NCBI GenBank assembly: GCA_032718475.1
Contig: JAUCBJ010004840.1
Coordinates: 13,297-77,296 of the forward strand
From: Nemertoderma westbladi
Taxonomy: Eukaryota; Animalia; Xenacoelomorpha
Length of the DNA stretch: 64,000 bases
Reading direction: 5' to 3'
In this document: piece by piece, positions 12,818-24,400 of the stretch
Numbering within the stretch: position 1 is the stretch's first letter
How the letters are laid out: each line of letters opens with the position of its first letter
The notes under the pieces: model-generated
Told to the model about the DNA's origin: nothing
The model's database searches: none
Seen by the model: the letters and a program-made list of their open reading frames with translations, nothing else
Made by a program: the position numbers and the translations under genes

Positions 12818-15800
12818 CTAGAATGGAATTAATGTTTGTCAGAAATACACATGGGTTGTTCCCATTACAGGAAACTTTCCTCTTAAAATATGAGGTAAAA
12901 AAAATATTAAATCTCACGACACGTTACAGTTTCGATATTTTTGCAAGTTTCAAAAACAGAGATTCCTTTAATTTCATTTGGATATAACTGCTAGAGTTAC
13001 ATGACTTACCTTACTGACACCAGTCTCATTTGGGGTACAACTGCTAGAGTTACATAACTTACCTTACTGACACCAGTCTCCTTGGGGTACAACTGCTAGA
13101 GTTACATAACTTACCTTACTGACACCAGTCTCCTTTGGGGTACAACTGCTAGAGTTACATAACTTACCTTACTGACACCAGTCTCCTTTGGGGTACAACT
13201 GCTAGAGTTACATAACTTACCTTACTGACACCAGTCTCATTTGGGGTACAACTGCTAGAGTTACATAACTTACCTTACTAACACCAGTCTCCTTTGGGGT
13301 ACAACTGCTCGAGTTACATAGCTTACCTTACTAACACCAGTCTCCTTTGGGGTACAACTGCTAGAGTTACATAACTTACCTTACTAACACCAGTCTCCTT
13401 TGGGGTACAACTGCTCGAGTTACATAACTTACCTTACTGACACCAGTCTCCTTTGGGGTACAACTGCTAGAGTTACATAACTTACCTTACTAACACCAGT
13501 CTCCTTTGGGGTACAACTGCTCGAGTTACATAACTTACCTTACTGACACCAGTCTCCTTTGGGGTACAACTGCTCGAGTTACATAGCTTACCTTACTGAC
13601 ACCAGTCTCCTTTGGGGTACAACTGCTAGAGTTACATAACTTACCTTACTAACACCAGTCTCCTTTGGGGTACAACTGCTAGAGTTACATAGCTTACCTT
13701 ACTAACACCAGTCTCCTTTGGGGTACAACTGCTAGAGTTACATAACTTACCTTACTGACACCAGTCTCATTTGGGGTACAACTGCTAGAGTTACATAACT
13801 TACCTTACTGACACCAGTCTCCTTTGGGGTACAACTGCTAGAGTTACATAACTTACCTTACTGACACCAGTCTCCTTTGGGGTACTGCTGCTAGAGTTAC
13901 ATAACTTACCTTACTGACACCAGTCTCCTTTGGGGTACAACTGCTAGAGTTACATATCTTACCTTACTGACACCAGTCTCCTTTGGGGTACAACTGCTAG
14001 AGTTACATAACTTACCTTACTGACACCAGTCTCATTTGGGGTACAACTGCTAGAGTTACATAACTTACCTTACTGACACCAGTCTCCTTTGGGGTACAAC
14101 TGCTAGAGTTACATAACTTACCTTACTGACACCAGTCTCCTTTGGGGTACAACTGCTAGAGTTACATAACTTACCTTACTGACACCAGTCTCCTTTGGGG
14201 TACAACTGCTAGAGTTACATAACTTACCTTACTAACACCAGTCTCCTTTGGGGTACAACTACTAGAGTTACATAACTTACCTTACTGACACCAGTCTCAT
14301 TTGGGGTACAACTGCTAGAGTTACATAACTTACCTTACTGACACCAGTCTCCTTTGGGGTACAACTGCTAGAGTTACATAACTTACCTTACTGACACCAG
14401 TCTCCTTTGGGGTACAACTGCTAGAGTTACATAACTTACCTTACTGACACCAGTCTCCTTTGGGGTACAACTGCTAGAGTTACATAACTTACCTTACTGA
14501 CACCAGTCTCCTTTGGGGTACAACTGCTACAGTTACATAACTTACCTTACTGGCACCAGTCTCCTTTGGGGTACAACTGCTAGAGTTACATAACTTACCT
14601 TACTGACACCAGTCTCCTTTGGGGTACAACTGCTAGAGTTACATAACTTACCTTACTGACACCAGTCTCATTTGGGGTACAACTGCTAGAGTTACATAAC
14701 TTACCTTACTGACACCAGTCTCCTTTGGGGTACAACTGCTAGAGTTACATAACTTACCTTACTGACACCAGTCTCCTTTGGGGTACAACTGCTAGAGTTA
14801 CATAACTTACCTTACTGACACCAGTCTCCTTTGGGGTACAACTGCTAGTTACATAACTTACCTTACTAACACCAGTCTCCTTTGGGGTACAACTGCTCGA
14901 GTTACATAGCTTACCTTACTGACACCAGTCTCCTTTGGGGTACAACTGCTAGAGTTACATAACTTACCTTACTGACACCAGTCTCCTTTGGGGTACAACT
15001 GCTAGAGTTACATAACTTACCTTACTGACACCAGTCTCCTTTGGGGTACAACTGCTAGAGTTACATAACTTACCTTACTAACACCAGTCTCCTTTGGGGT
15101 ACAACTGCTAGAGTTACATAACTTACCTTACTGACACCAGTCTCCTTTGGGGTACAACTGCTCGAGTTACATAGCTTACCTTACTAACACCAGTCTCCTT
15201 TGGGGTACAACTGCTAGAGTTACATAACTTACCTTACTAACACCAGTCTCCTTTGGGGTACAACTGCTCGAGTTACATAGCTTACCTTACTGACACCAGT
15301 CTCCTTTGGGGTACAACTGCTAGAGTTACATAACTTACCTTACTGACACCAGTCTCCTTTGTGGTACAACTGCTAGAGTTACATAACTTACCTTACTGAC
15401 ACCAGTCTCCTTTGGGGTACAACTGCTAGAGTTACATAACTTACCTTACTGACACCAGTCTCCTTTGGGGTACTGCTGCTAGAGTTACATAACTTACCTT
15501 ACTGACACCAGTCTCCTTTGGGGTACAACTGCTAGAGTTACATTGGGGTACAACTGCTAGAGTTACATAACTTACCTTACTGACACCAGTCTCCTTTGGG
15601 GTACAACTGCTACAGTTACATAACTTACCTTACTGACACCAGTCTCCTTTGGGGTACAACTGCTAGAGTTACATAACTTACCTTACTAACACCAGTCTCC
15701 TTTGGGGTACAACTGCTAGAGTTACATGACTTACCTTACTAGCACCAGTCTCCTTTGGGGTACAACTGCTAGAGTTACATGACTTACCTTACTAGCACCA

Positions 15801-18800
15801 GTCTCCTTTGGGGTACAACTGCTAGAGTTACATAACTTACCTTACTAACACCAGTCTCCTTTGGGGTACAACTGCTAGAGTTACATAACTTACCTTACTG
15901 GCACCAGTCTCCTTTGGGGTACAACTGCTAGAGTTACATAACTTACCTTACTGACACCAGTCTCCTTTGGGGTGCAACTGCTCGAGTTACATAGCTTACC
16001 TTACTAACACCAGTCTCCTTTGGGGTACAACTGCTAGAGTTACATAACTTACCTTACTGGCACCAGTCTCCTTTGGGGTACAACTGCTAGAGTTACATAA
16101 CTTACCTTACTGACACCAGTCTCCTTTGGGGTGCAACTGCTAGAGTTACATAACTTACCTTACTAACACCAGTCTCCTTTGGGGTACAACTGCTAGAGTT
16201 ACATAACTTACCTTACTAACACCAGTCTCCTTTGGGGTACAACTGCTAGAGTTACATGACTTACCTTACTGGCACCAGTCTCCTTTGGGGTACAACTGCT
16301 AGAGTTACATAACTTACCTTACTGACACCAGTCTCCTTTGGGGTACAACTGCTAGAGTTACATAACTTACCTTACTGACACCAGTCTCCTTTGGGGTACA
16401 ACTGCTAGAGTTACATGACTTACCTTACTGGCACCAGTCTCCTTTGGGGTACAACTGCTAGAGTTACATAACTTACCTTACTGACACCAGTCTCCTTTGG
16501 GGTACAACTGCTAGAGTTACATAACTTACCTTACTGACACCAGTCTCCTTTGGGGTACTGCTGCTAGAGTTACATAACTTACCTTACTGACACCAGTCTC
16601 CTTTGGGGTACAACTGCTAGAGTTACATAACTTACCTTACTGACACCAGTCTCCTTTGGGGTACAACTGCTAGAGTTACATAACTTACCTTACTGACACC
16701 AGTCTCCTTTGGGGTACAACTGCTAGAGTTACATAACTTACCTTACTAACACCAGTCTCCTTTGGGGTACAACTGCTAGAGTTACATAACTTACCTTACT
16801 GACACCAGTCTCCTTTGGGGTACAACTGCTCGAGTTACATAACTTACCTTACTAACACCAGTCTCCTTTGGGGTACAACTGCTAGAGTTACATAACTTAC
16901 CTTACTAACACCAGTCTCCTTTGGGGTACAACTGCTAGAGTTACATAACTTACCTTACTGACACCAGTCTCCCTTGGGGTACAACTGCTAGAGTTACATA
17001 ACTTACCTTACTAACACCAGTCTCCTTTGGGGTACAACTGCTAGAGTTACATAACTTACCTTACTAACACCAGTCTCCTTTGGGGTACAACTGCTCGAGT
17101 TACATAACTTACCTTACTGACACCAGTCTCCTTTGGGGTACAACTGCTAGAGTTACATAACTTACCTTACTAACATTTCATTTCATTTCATCATCCGAGA
17201 TAGGGCTCGGCCCCTTTATTATAATTAAATAAAATATACAATAAAATTAGGTAATCTTAGATGCACCTAAATTTCAAAACAACACAGCACTGAGTAAAAT
17301 GAAAACGCTGAAAACCCAAAAATTCAAAACACTTAAACACAGCACTGAGTAAAATGAAAACGCTGATCAAGTCTACTTCAAGATCTAGTTAATCTACAAG
17401 CCCTTATAATAAAAGCACTTGAGTACCATTTGCATCCATCCTGAAATACAAGCCCCCATCGAAAGCACCCAGTCTAAAGGCTAAGTGGTTGATCTGTCAC
17501 ACCTGAAGTCGATAAAGCTCTTGAATACACTCCCTCCTGACCGATAATTGCGTACCAGTTTTATAGAGCATGTTAGTGATATATAGGACGCGCTTTTGAA
17601 ACTGCCTGTAACTTTGCACCACTCCCAGTGTGTATGCTTTCTGATTTGCCCATATCTGCTCGTGCTGAGAATGGGCATATTACATAATGTGTCTTCTTAA
17701 AATTGATGACCAGGTCATGCTCTTTAAAGTATTGTTCACATAAGTATAGCATCTTCTGAATATCAGTTCCCATGTTAGCTAGGAGTAGGACATCATCGGC
17801 ATAGCCTAAGATTGAGTATGCTTCCCTATTTATATGCAGCCCAAAACCTGCTGATTCAATAAGGTTGAACAAGTCATCAAGATATATGTTAAAGAGGATT
17901 GATGATAAGACACCACCTTGTCTTACTCCACGTCGTAGTGGTATTGGTTTCCTTGAGATACTGTTACCTATCCTCATCAATGCTACAGATTGGCTATAGT
18001 AGGAGCATAGTGTTCGAATGATTCTTACATCAAGAGTAGTTTCTGCTAATTTTGTCATTAGTTTCTCGTATGAGACAGAATCAAATGCGCTTGTCAAATC
18101 AAGTGAAACCATGTAGACATTTGAACCCCCTTCATTGAAGTACCGGATCAGATTTGTTGCTACTGCATATGATATCTCTGTACTTAGTTTTGATTTGTAT
18201 CCCATTTGTAGGTTACTCGTTTTTATGTTACGGACCTTTTCTGAGACCAGAATCTCCCACACTTTCGCCAAGATTGAAATAATCGAGACACCTCTATAAC
18301 TCCCTGTCTGATGCTTGTCTCGATCCTCACTTTTGAGAAGCGGCATCAGAATGCTTGTACATAAACATTTGGGAAAGTAGCCAGTGGCCATTATATCATT
18401 ATATAAATCTGCTAGGAACCCATGGAGCTCATTTGACCGACTGTAAAGGAGATGTTCGGCCTTAAGAGAATTGCTATCTGACGCTTTGCCGAAATGCTGA
18501 CGCTTTGGGGTACAACTGCTAGAGTTACATAACTTACCTTACTGACACCAGTCTCCTTTGGGGTACAACTGCTAGAGTTACATAACTTACCTTACTAACA
18601 CCAGTCTCCTTTGGGGTACAACTGCTAGAGTTACATAACTTACCTTACTAACACCAGTCTCCTTTGGGGTACAACTGCTACAGTTACATAACTTACCTTA
18701 CTAACACCAGTCTCCTTTGGGGTACAACTGCTACAGTTACATAACTTACCTTACTGACACCAGTCTCCTTTGGGGTACAACTGCTAGAGTTACATAACTT

Positions 18801-21800
18801 ACCTTACTGACACCAGTCTCCTTTGGGGTACAACTGCTAGAGTTACATGACTTACCTTACTGACACCGTCTCCTTTGGGGTACAACTGCTACAGTTACAT
18901 AACTTACCTTACTGACACCAGTCTCCTTTGGGGTACAACTGCTAGAGTTACATAACTTACCTTACTGACACCAGTCTCCTTTGGGGTACAACTGCTAGAG
19001 TTACATAACTTACCTTACTGACACCGTCTCCTTTGGGGTACTGCTGCTAGAGTTACATAACTTACCTTACTGACACCAGTCTCCTTTGGGGTACAACTGC
19101 TAGAGTTACATAACTTACCTTACTGACACCAGTCTCCTTTGGGGTACAACTGCTAGAGTTACATAACTTACCTTACTGACACCAGTCTCCTTTGGGGTAC
19201 AACTGCTAGAGTTACATAACTTACCTTACTGACACCAGTCTCCTTTGGGGTACAACTGCTAGAGTTACATAACTTACCTTACTGACACCAGTCTCCTTTG
19301 GGGTACAACTGCTAGAGTTACATAACTTACCTTACTGACACCAGTCTCCTTTGGGGTACAACTGCTAGAGTTACATAACTTACCTTACTGACACCAGTCT
19401 CCTTTGGGGTACAACTGCTAGTTACATGACTTACCTTACTGACACCGTCTCCTTTGGGGTACTGCTGCTAGAGTTACATAACTTACCTTACTGACACCAG
19501 TCTCCTTTGGGGTACAACTGCTAGAGTTACATAACTTACCTTACTGACACCAGTCTCCTTTGGGGTACAACTACTAGAGTTACATGACTTACCTTACTGA
19601 CACCAGTCTCCTTTGGGGTACAACTACTAGAGTTACATGACTTACCTTACTGACACCAGTCTCCTTTGGGGTACTGCTAGTTACTTTCACAGCTTCTTGT
19701 ATTGACTCTGAAGAATCAACTTTAGCAACACGAACTCTCATTGTTTTTCGAGCATAAACTAAATATAAAATAATAAATAACTAATAACGATATAACTAAT
19801 CTTGTGATACAAACAACAATGTGAATGATTGAACTGAAACAATTATTCGTGTATAAATGGTATGCATTGCGCTATACAAATGCATCACACAAAATATCAA
19901 ATTATAAATAAACAATTGAAATTATATAAAGTTAAACAATCACTCAAAAAACGCACATTAATATTAATTCCAACAAAACTGCTATTGTCAGTGGTTTATA
20001 TAATGCACAGCAGTTTAAGGAACATGAAGTTTCTTAAAGTTGCGGCAATGACGCGCTCATGTTCCTGGTTGACCAACCTTTAGGAGACATATCGCCTTTA
20101 CCAACTTCAGGGGTTTTCGATCGGGTAGAACCCTTTGCCTTTACGACTTTCTCTCTGGCTGGACTCTTTGAGACAGACCGTGAAGGAGACTGTGATGGAG
20201 TCTTCGGTTTCCTGCTAGTTCGGCCTTCAGAAGGAATAAAAAGGAAGAGTTACTTGATAGTAACTAAAGGCCTTCGCATTTGCTGAATTTGCATTACATT
20301 CAAAACATATTATCACACGAAATTTTTATTCGGGTGGAGGTTTTGGATGTAAATTTTAAACGCCATCGGAATTTATTTACAAAGGAATTCAATTTTTCGG
20401 GATAATATTTTCCCTGAGATTGCTATTTATTTAGATCGCGTCCTGTTTGAACACTAGAATAAGGTATAAATAATACAGGCCCTGGTAGTTTATATCAATG
20501 CTGGGCCAAACTGGGTGGTTAAATATGTTTACAGTTTGTACAGGGATTAATTTATTTGAATTTTTAGGTCCCTGAAGTGAGATATCTATCAACCACTCCG
20601 TTTGTTGTTGAATTCTATTCTAAAAAAGTTAATGTAGCTGATGAGCCAAATCCCGGCGAAACACAAGCAAAAATGTAACTAAATAAATAATATTTGACCC
20701 TTATTATTATATAATCTATGAAAACGTTTCCAGAACAATATTAAAGGGTTACGTTAAACCCGAAAATTTTAAAATAGTAACTGTTTTTAAGTAACTTTTT
20801 AAGTGCTTTATATATTTATTTAATATATTTATATTAATTAAAGGAAATATTAATTGGTAAACCACCTGACACATGTTACCTATAAGGTATAACCGACTAG
20901 CGATTACCTTACTGCCTTAATACAGTAAGTAATAGGCCCACGCAACTATCCAAAATAATATATCAAGTAATTTCCTAGATTAGCTGCCCTAAAGTCAAGC
21001 CCCCACATTGGTGGCAATGACTAACCTTTTTTATCAGGGGTCCGTGATGGACTGGTGTCGACAGCCTTCTCTCGAGACGGACTCTTTTTACCACGAGACG
21101 GACTCTTTTTACCACGAGAAGGACTCTTTTTACCTCGCGATGGACTTTTTGACCTGGAAGATTCCGCTTTCGATTTGACTGATCGGCCTGTAAGTATTGA
21201 GTGTTTAAAAGTAGGTGGGACAATTAACAAACAAAGTAGTTTTATTTAAGATGTCATGGGTTACACCACTTACACCGGCAGACCGGAATGCTACAAAATT
21301 CTGCATTCGGCAGTTCGGGACGTGGCCTACGCCAGTACGCCTACCGCGACCGCGCTACAGGTAGGACTGTAGGTAGGAAGGTCGCAGGTATGCGTATGCC
21401 TACAGCCTATGCTGCGGTACCGTGTAGGCCTAACATGCCTAACCTAAATGTTAAAAAAATGTTTTCAGTTTCACAATCCTGCAATCGGACTTACCATACC
21501 AGTACAGCAGTATCGTAGACAAAGCTTTTCACTTTTAATCAACAACTGAACAAACTGCCTGATTGCGGTAGTACGTAGTACGCGTATCTGCGTATTGCTA
21601 CTGCTACAGCACCTAGCTAGCTGCTGCTAGCTCTGTCAGTCAGTAGCTATACCCTGCTGCCCTGATACCAGTAAACAGCTATACATACATAGCCTCAATC
21701 AGTCAATTCAGTTGTTCAGTCAGGCTGTAATGTGTAATCAGTCCGGGAGAAGTTCAAATTTCGACTGAGTTGAAATTTAAAACTTTTTTTTTTAAATTCA

Positions 21801-22454
21801 ACTTTTAAGTTGTAAATTCAACTCTAAAATGGCAGGACTGCAGGAGGCACAGAAGGCCCTCAAGACGTGACAGAAGGGGTGTTTTTATTGTTTTTACAGT
21901 TTTATGGGTGTAACTCGAAAAATTAACCCTCATTGCCGATGGAATAAAAACTTTCACCGTCGGGAACTCTTTTTTTAAAACATTTTAAGTGATTACATTT
22001 GCAAATTAGCTGAAATACTACGGGAATTTATTAGATGTATTTAATTACCGCTGACTGGCTGAATGTCATAATTATTAGGGTTATCAGCCTATACAATGGA
22101 ATACCAGTAATGGATTCCAATTCCATATTTCAGTATTTCCAAAGCTACCGTACTCCAAAAGTTGAATTTTAAAAAAAAGTTGAATTTTAAACTCTAGCCT
22201 ATTCCAAAAGGTGAATTTTAAAAAATAAAGTTGAAATTTCAACTCAGTTGAAAATAGAACTTCTCCCCGACTGGTAATTGCAAGCTAAATATTGCTGTAT
22301 TGTCAGCCAGCCGGCAGTTCAACTCACCAACAGACACAGATCTTGAGCGACTTTTCTTCGATTTCGTGATCGTAATACTAGGCGACCGCGAGCGACCGCG
22401 CGATATTTCCATAACTTCAGTTTTCAGTGGCGCAGAAGCTCGTTTTCTGGGCAT
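12506..22454 (-). CDS. 5-exon gene, 286 aa: basic RS/SPSR-repeat protein with a single C-terminal transmembrane helix (uncharacterised)
   Basis: Exons 22454-22328, 21187-21026, 20224-20078, 19758-19646 and 12817-12506. All introns are GT-AG with phases 1,1,1,0; the total is 861 nt with no internal stop. Protein: MPRKRASAPLK...SRGRSRSPS...(KSPSRGK)x3...KRRLIVLLLVVVLVTVALGVYQY...SPE*. Confidence 0.88.
12986..17175. repeat. 53-bp intronic minisatellite, left block (~79 units)
   Basis: Unit CTGCTAGAGTTACATAACTTACCTTACTGACACCAGTCTCCTTTGGGGTACAA; very homogeneous. Confidence 0.98.
17176..18502 (-). mobile_element. 5'-truncated non-LTR retrotransposon (RT domain; tentatively RTE-X-like) inserted in the 53-bp array
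   Basis: ORF 18391-17573 has RT motifs LDLTSAFDSV, GVRQGGVLSSILFNIY and YADD; upstream in frame is GKASDSNSLKAEHLLY. The 3' end has AATAAA, a CCGAG-CCCTAT-CTCGG stem-loop and a (TGAAA)n tail at 17176-17193. Confidence 0.92.
18503..19682. repeat. 53-bp intronic minisatellite, right block (~22 units), running into exon 4
   Basis: Same unit as 12986-17175; the last copy overlaps coding sequence at 19646-19682. Confidence 0.98.
19646..19758 (-). CDS. Exon 4 of the RS/SPSR transmembrane gene (its 3' end seeds the 53-bp satellite)
   Basis: Acceptor TTTTATATTTAG|, donor AAG|GTAAGT; 113 nt; encodes YARKTMRVRVAKVDSSESIQEAVKVTSSTPKETGVSK. Confidence 0.88.
20078..20224 (-). CDS. Exon 3 of the RS/SPSR transmembrane gene
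   Basis: Pyrimidine tract CTTCCTTTTTATTCCTTCTGAAG|, donor AAG|GTTGGT; 147 nt; encodes RTSRKPKTPSQSPSRSVSKSPAREK... Confidence 0.85.
21026..21187 (-). CDS. Exon 2 of the RS/SPSR transmembrane gene
   Basis: Acceptor TACTTACAG|, donor AAG|GTTAGT; 162 nt. Contains a 21-bp coding repeat (KSPSRGK). Confidence 0.9.
21739..22273. mobile_element. MITE with ~40-bp TIRs and a 5-bp TSD (GTAAT) in intron 1
   Basis: Left end CAGTCCGGGAGAAGTTCAAATTTCGACTGAGTTGAAATTT; right end reverse-complemented CAGTCGGGGAGAAGTTCTATTTTCAACTGAGTTGAAATTT. GTAAT occurs at 21734-21738 and 22274-22278. Confidence 0.85.
22328..22454 (-). CDS. Exon 1 of the RS/SPSR transmembrane gene
   Basis: ATG at 22454; encodes MPRKRASAPLKTEVMEISRGRSRSPSITITKSKKSRSRSVSV; donor G|GTGAGT; 127 nt. 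Confidence 0.85.
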
Positions 22455-22499
22455 CTTTAATTATCTGATTATTGTTCTTCTTTCAGTCTTTACTGACAG

Positions 22500-23280
22500 A
22501 TTGCTGAGATTGGTACTTACCGGTACGACAATGACGTACAGACAGTTTGTCAGAGATACGGCGATTCGACACGGATTGAGACTGCAAGATCAGAAGACTG
22601 GAAGCCTACAGGCCTAGCTGGCTTATCAGAAGATGGAAGATGAGAGAAAGTCAATAGCTGCAGAGCTGAATAGGCTGATAGGACTTAGCAGAACATGCAG
22701 AATACAGGAATAGGCTTCTAGCTGCTAGCATAGGCTGTAGGCTGACTGGCTGATACAGTGATAGACAGATAGGTACCGGTCTGCCGGTACGGTCAGACGG
22801 TAGGTAGGCCTACGGAACTCTGTACCGGTAGAAACTCAGCCTGTCAGCCTGTACCCAGGTACCGGTATGTGTACGGCAGTACTGCAGTAGGCCTATCGTC
22901 TGGCCGTAGGCTACGGCTACGGCATACGGCAGTACTGCAGTACGGTGTGGGTGTGGGTGGCGTAACAATCAGACAATCTGACAGTGCAACACTCAGCAAT
23001 CAGCATAGGCCTATTGCAGTATTCAGGTATTGGGCCCTACCGTACCGGTACCGGTACTACTGCGGAGTGCGGACTGCCGTCCCGTCGTACGGTACAGCCG
23101 TATGCTAGGCCTATATGCCTTGCCAGTTCGCTGAGGTTAACACCTGGTCGCACAGGCAGACAAAGGTACCGGTACCAATACTGCACCACCACTACAGCAG
23201 TAGACATAGACATACCGGTACAAAAATACAAAATGCTGAAAGGTAGGATGACAGGTACTACCGGTACCACAACTGAATTA
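22500..23280. promoter_or_regulatory. Putative promoter / 5' region rich in short palindromes
   Basis: Lies directly upstream of the ATG at 22454. GC and CpG content are higher than the flanks, with many TACCGGTA, TAGGCCTA and TACTGCAGTA words. Promoter function is inferred from position only. Confidence 0.45.
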
Positions 23281-23587
23281 GGTATAAATATGTGAAGGAG
23301 GAATAATAAACACAACATTTTAAACTTTTGGCGCCAAATTCCTTTACTGAAAGGAAAGTCAGGGAGAGTAAAATACAGGGCTTTATGTACTTACATGATG
23401 GCCTTGTTTAGGACTGTAGGAGGCCATCGTGGTCGTCGTTTTTCGTTTTAACTAAAGTTTGTATTCATATTGGATATTGATATATATACTCATCGTATTA
23501 TCTGTATTATCTTATTTTATATGATTGATCCATGTCTATCTATTGTCAGTATGTGTTTCATAACGCGAATTGGCGTCGCGTATTTAA

Positions 23588-24190
23588 TTCAATTCAATTC
23601 ATTTTTGTATTCCCAAACATACGGAAGCCCATACACGGAAGCCCATACAGAACATAAACAGATAAATATAAGCACATTTATAACAATGCATAAGCGCATT
23701 TACAATAACGCAAAAGCAAATTTACAATCATGCATAGTACTGTACATTTCGAATAATGCATATAATAGAAAATACATCAATCAAATTGGTGATGAAAAAG
23801 GGTAGCAGCCAATATAAAAGCTAGTCGATGGCTGCTGCATTTAGGGGATGGGATAGGGGAAAAGGGGATGCGGCTAATAATGATGGGGGGGGGGGGGGGC
23901 ATTTAAATTTTATATTTTTATATGTAAATATGCGTTCAAGACCTTCAGTGAAACGTAGTGGTTGGTACAAACCACGATTCCGGTGACGATCAACATGGAA
24001 AGTGTAAAGAATTAAGTACAGTATAAATAATTATTATGCAAGAAGAGACTGCTTGATTTTATTGGAAAATGTTTTCTTTGTTGGCGAAAGTTCTGGCCGA
24101 TTTAGTTCCAAATAACTGGGCTATGGTATTGTATTGACTGTTTATCAACCATTATTAGTCTAATTGCAGGAATGTACCCGATTATTTAGA
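23588..24190 (-). mobile_element. Degenerate 3' end of an L2/Crack-type (CR1-group) LINE
   Basis: The minus strand reads, with frameshifts, IPAIR..KQSIQYHSPVIWN..TFSNKIKQSLLA*, like the L2/Crack C-terminus. A GCAGCC/GGCTGC stem lies at ~23805-23836 and a (TGAAT)n tail at ~23588-23601. Confidence 0.55.
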
Positions 24191-24209
24191 GCAGCAGTAG
24201 TTCCAGTAC

Positions 24210-24400
24210 TCCTCTCTAACTGCTGAGGACACGAAATCTCTATGGATGGCACGTTCACAAGAATGCTACGCCGGGTTCACTGTGTCAAGTACAATGCACA
24301 CATTTCGAACCAGACACTATATAACATTGGAGGTGTCTCATAGGTTCCCCAAAGGTTGACACTAGAACAAAGCCGCCTCCGCTTTGCAGGACATTACTGT
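24210..24400 (+). mobile_element. RTE-clade LINE C-terminal relic
   Basis: DGTFTRMLRRVHCVKYNAHISNQTLY...RLRFAGH parallels DGCYTRLLRAALNISW...RIRFSGH in the RTE copy at 51210-51350. Confidence 0.6.

Noticed and set aside
12986-19682. CRISPR array or micro-exon array interpretation of the tandem repeats
   Set aside because: There are no unique spacers and no cas genes, and the context is eukaryotic. The AG in each 53-mer lacks a pyrimidine tract and lies only ~19 nt after the preceding donor.
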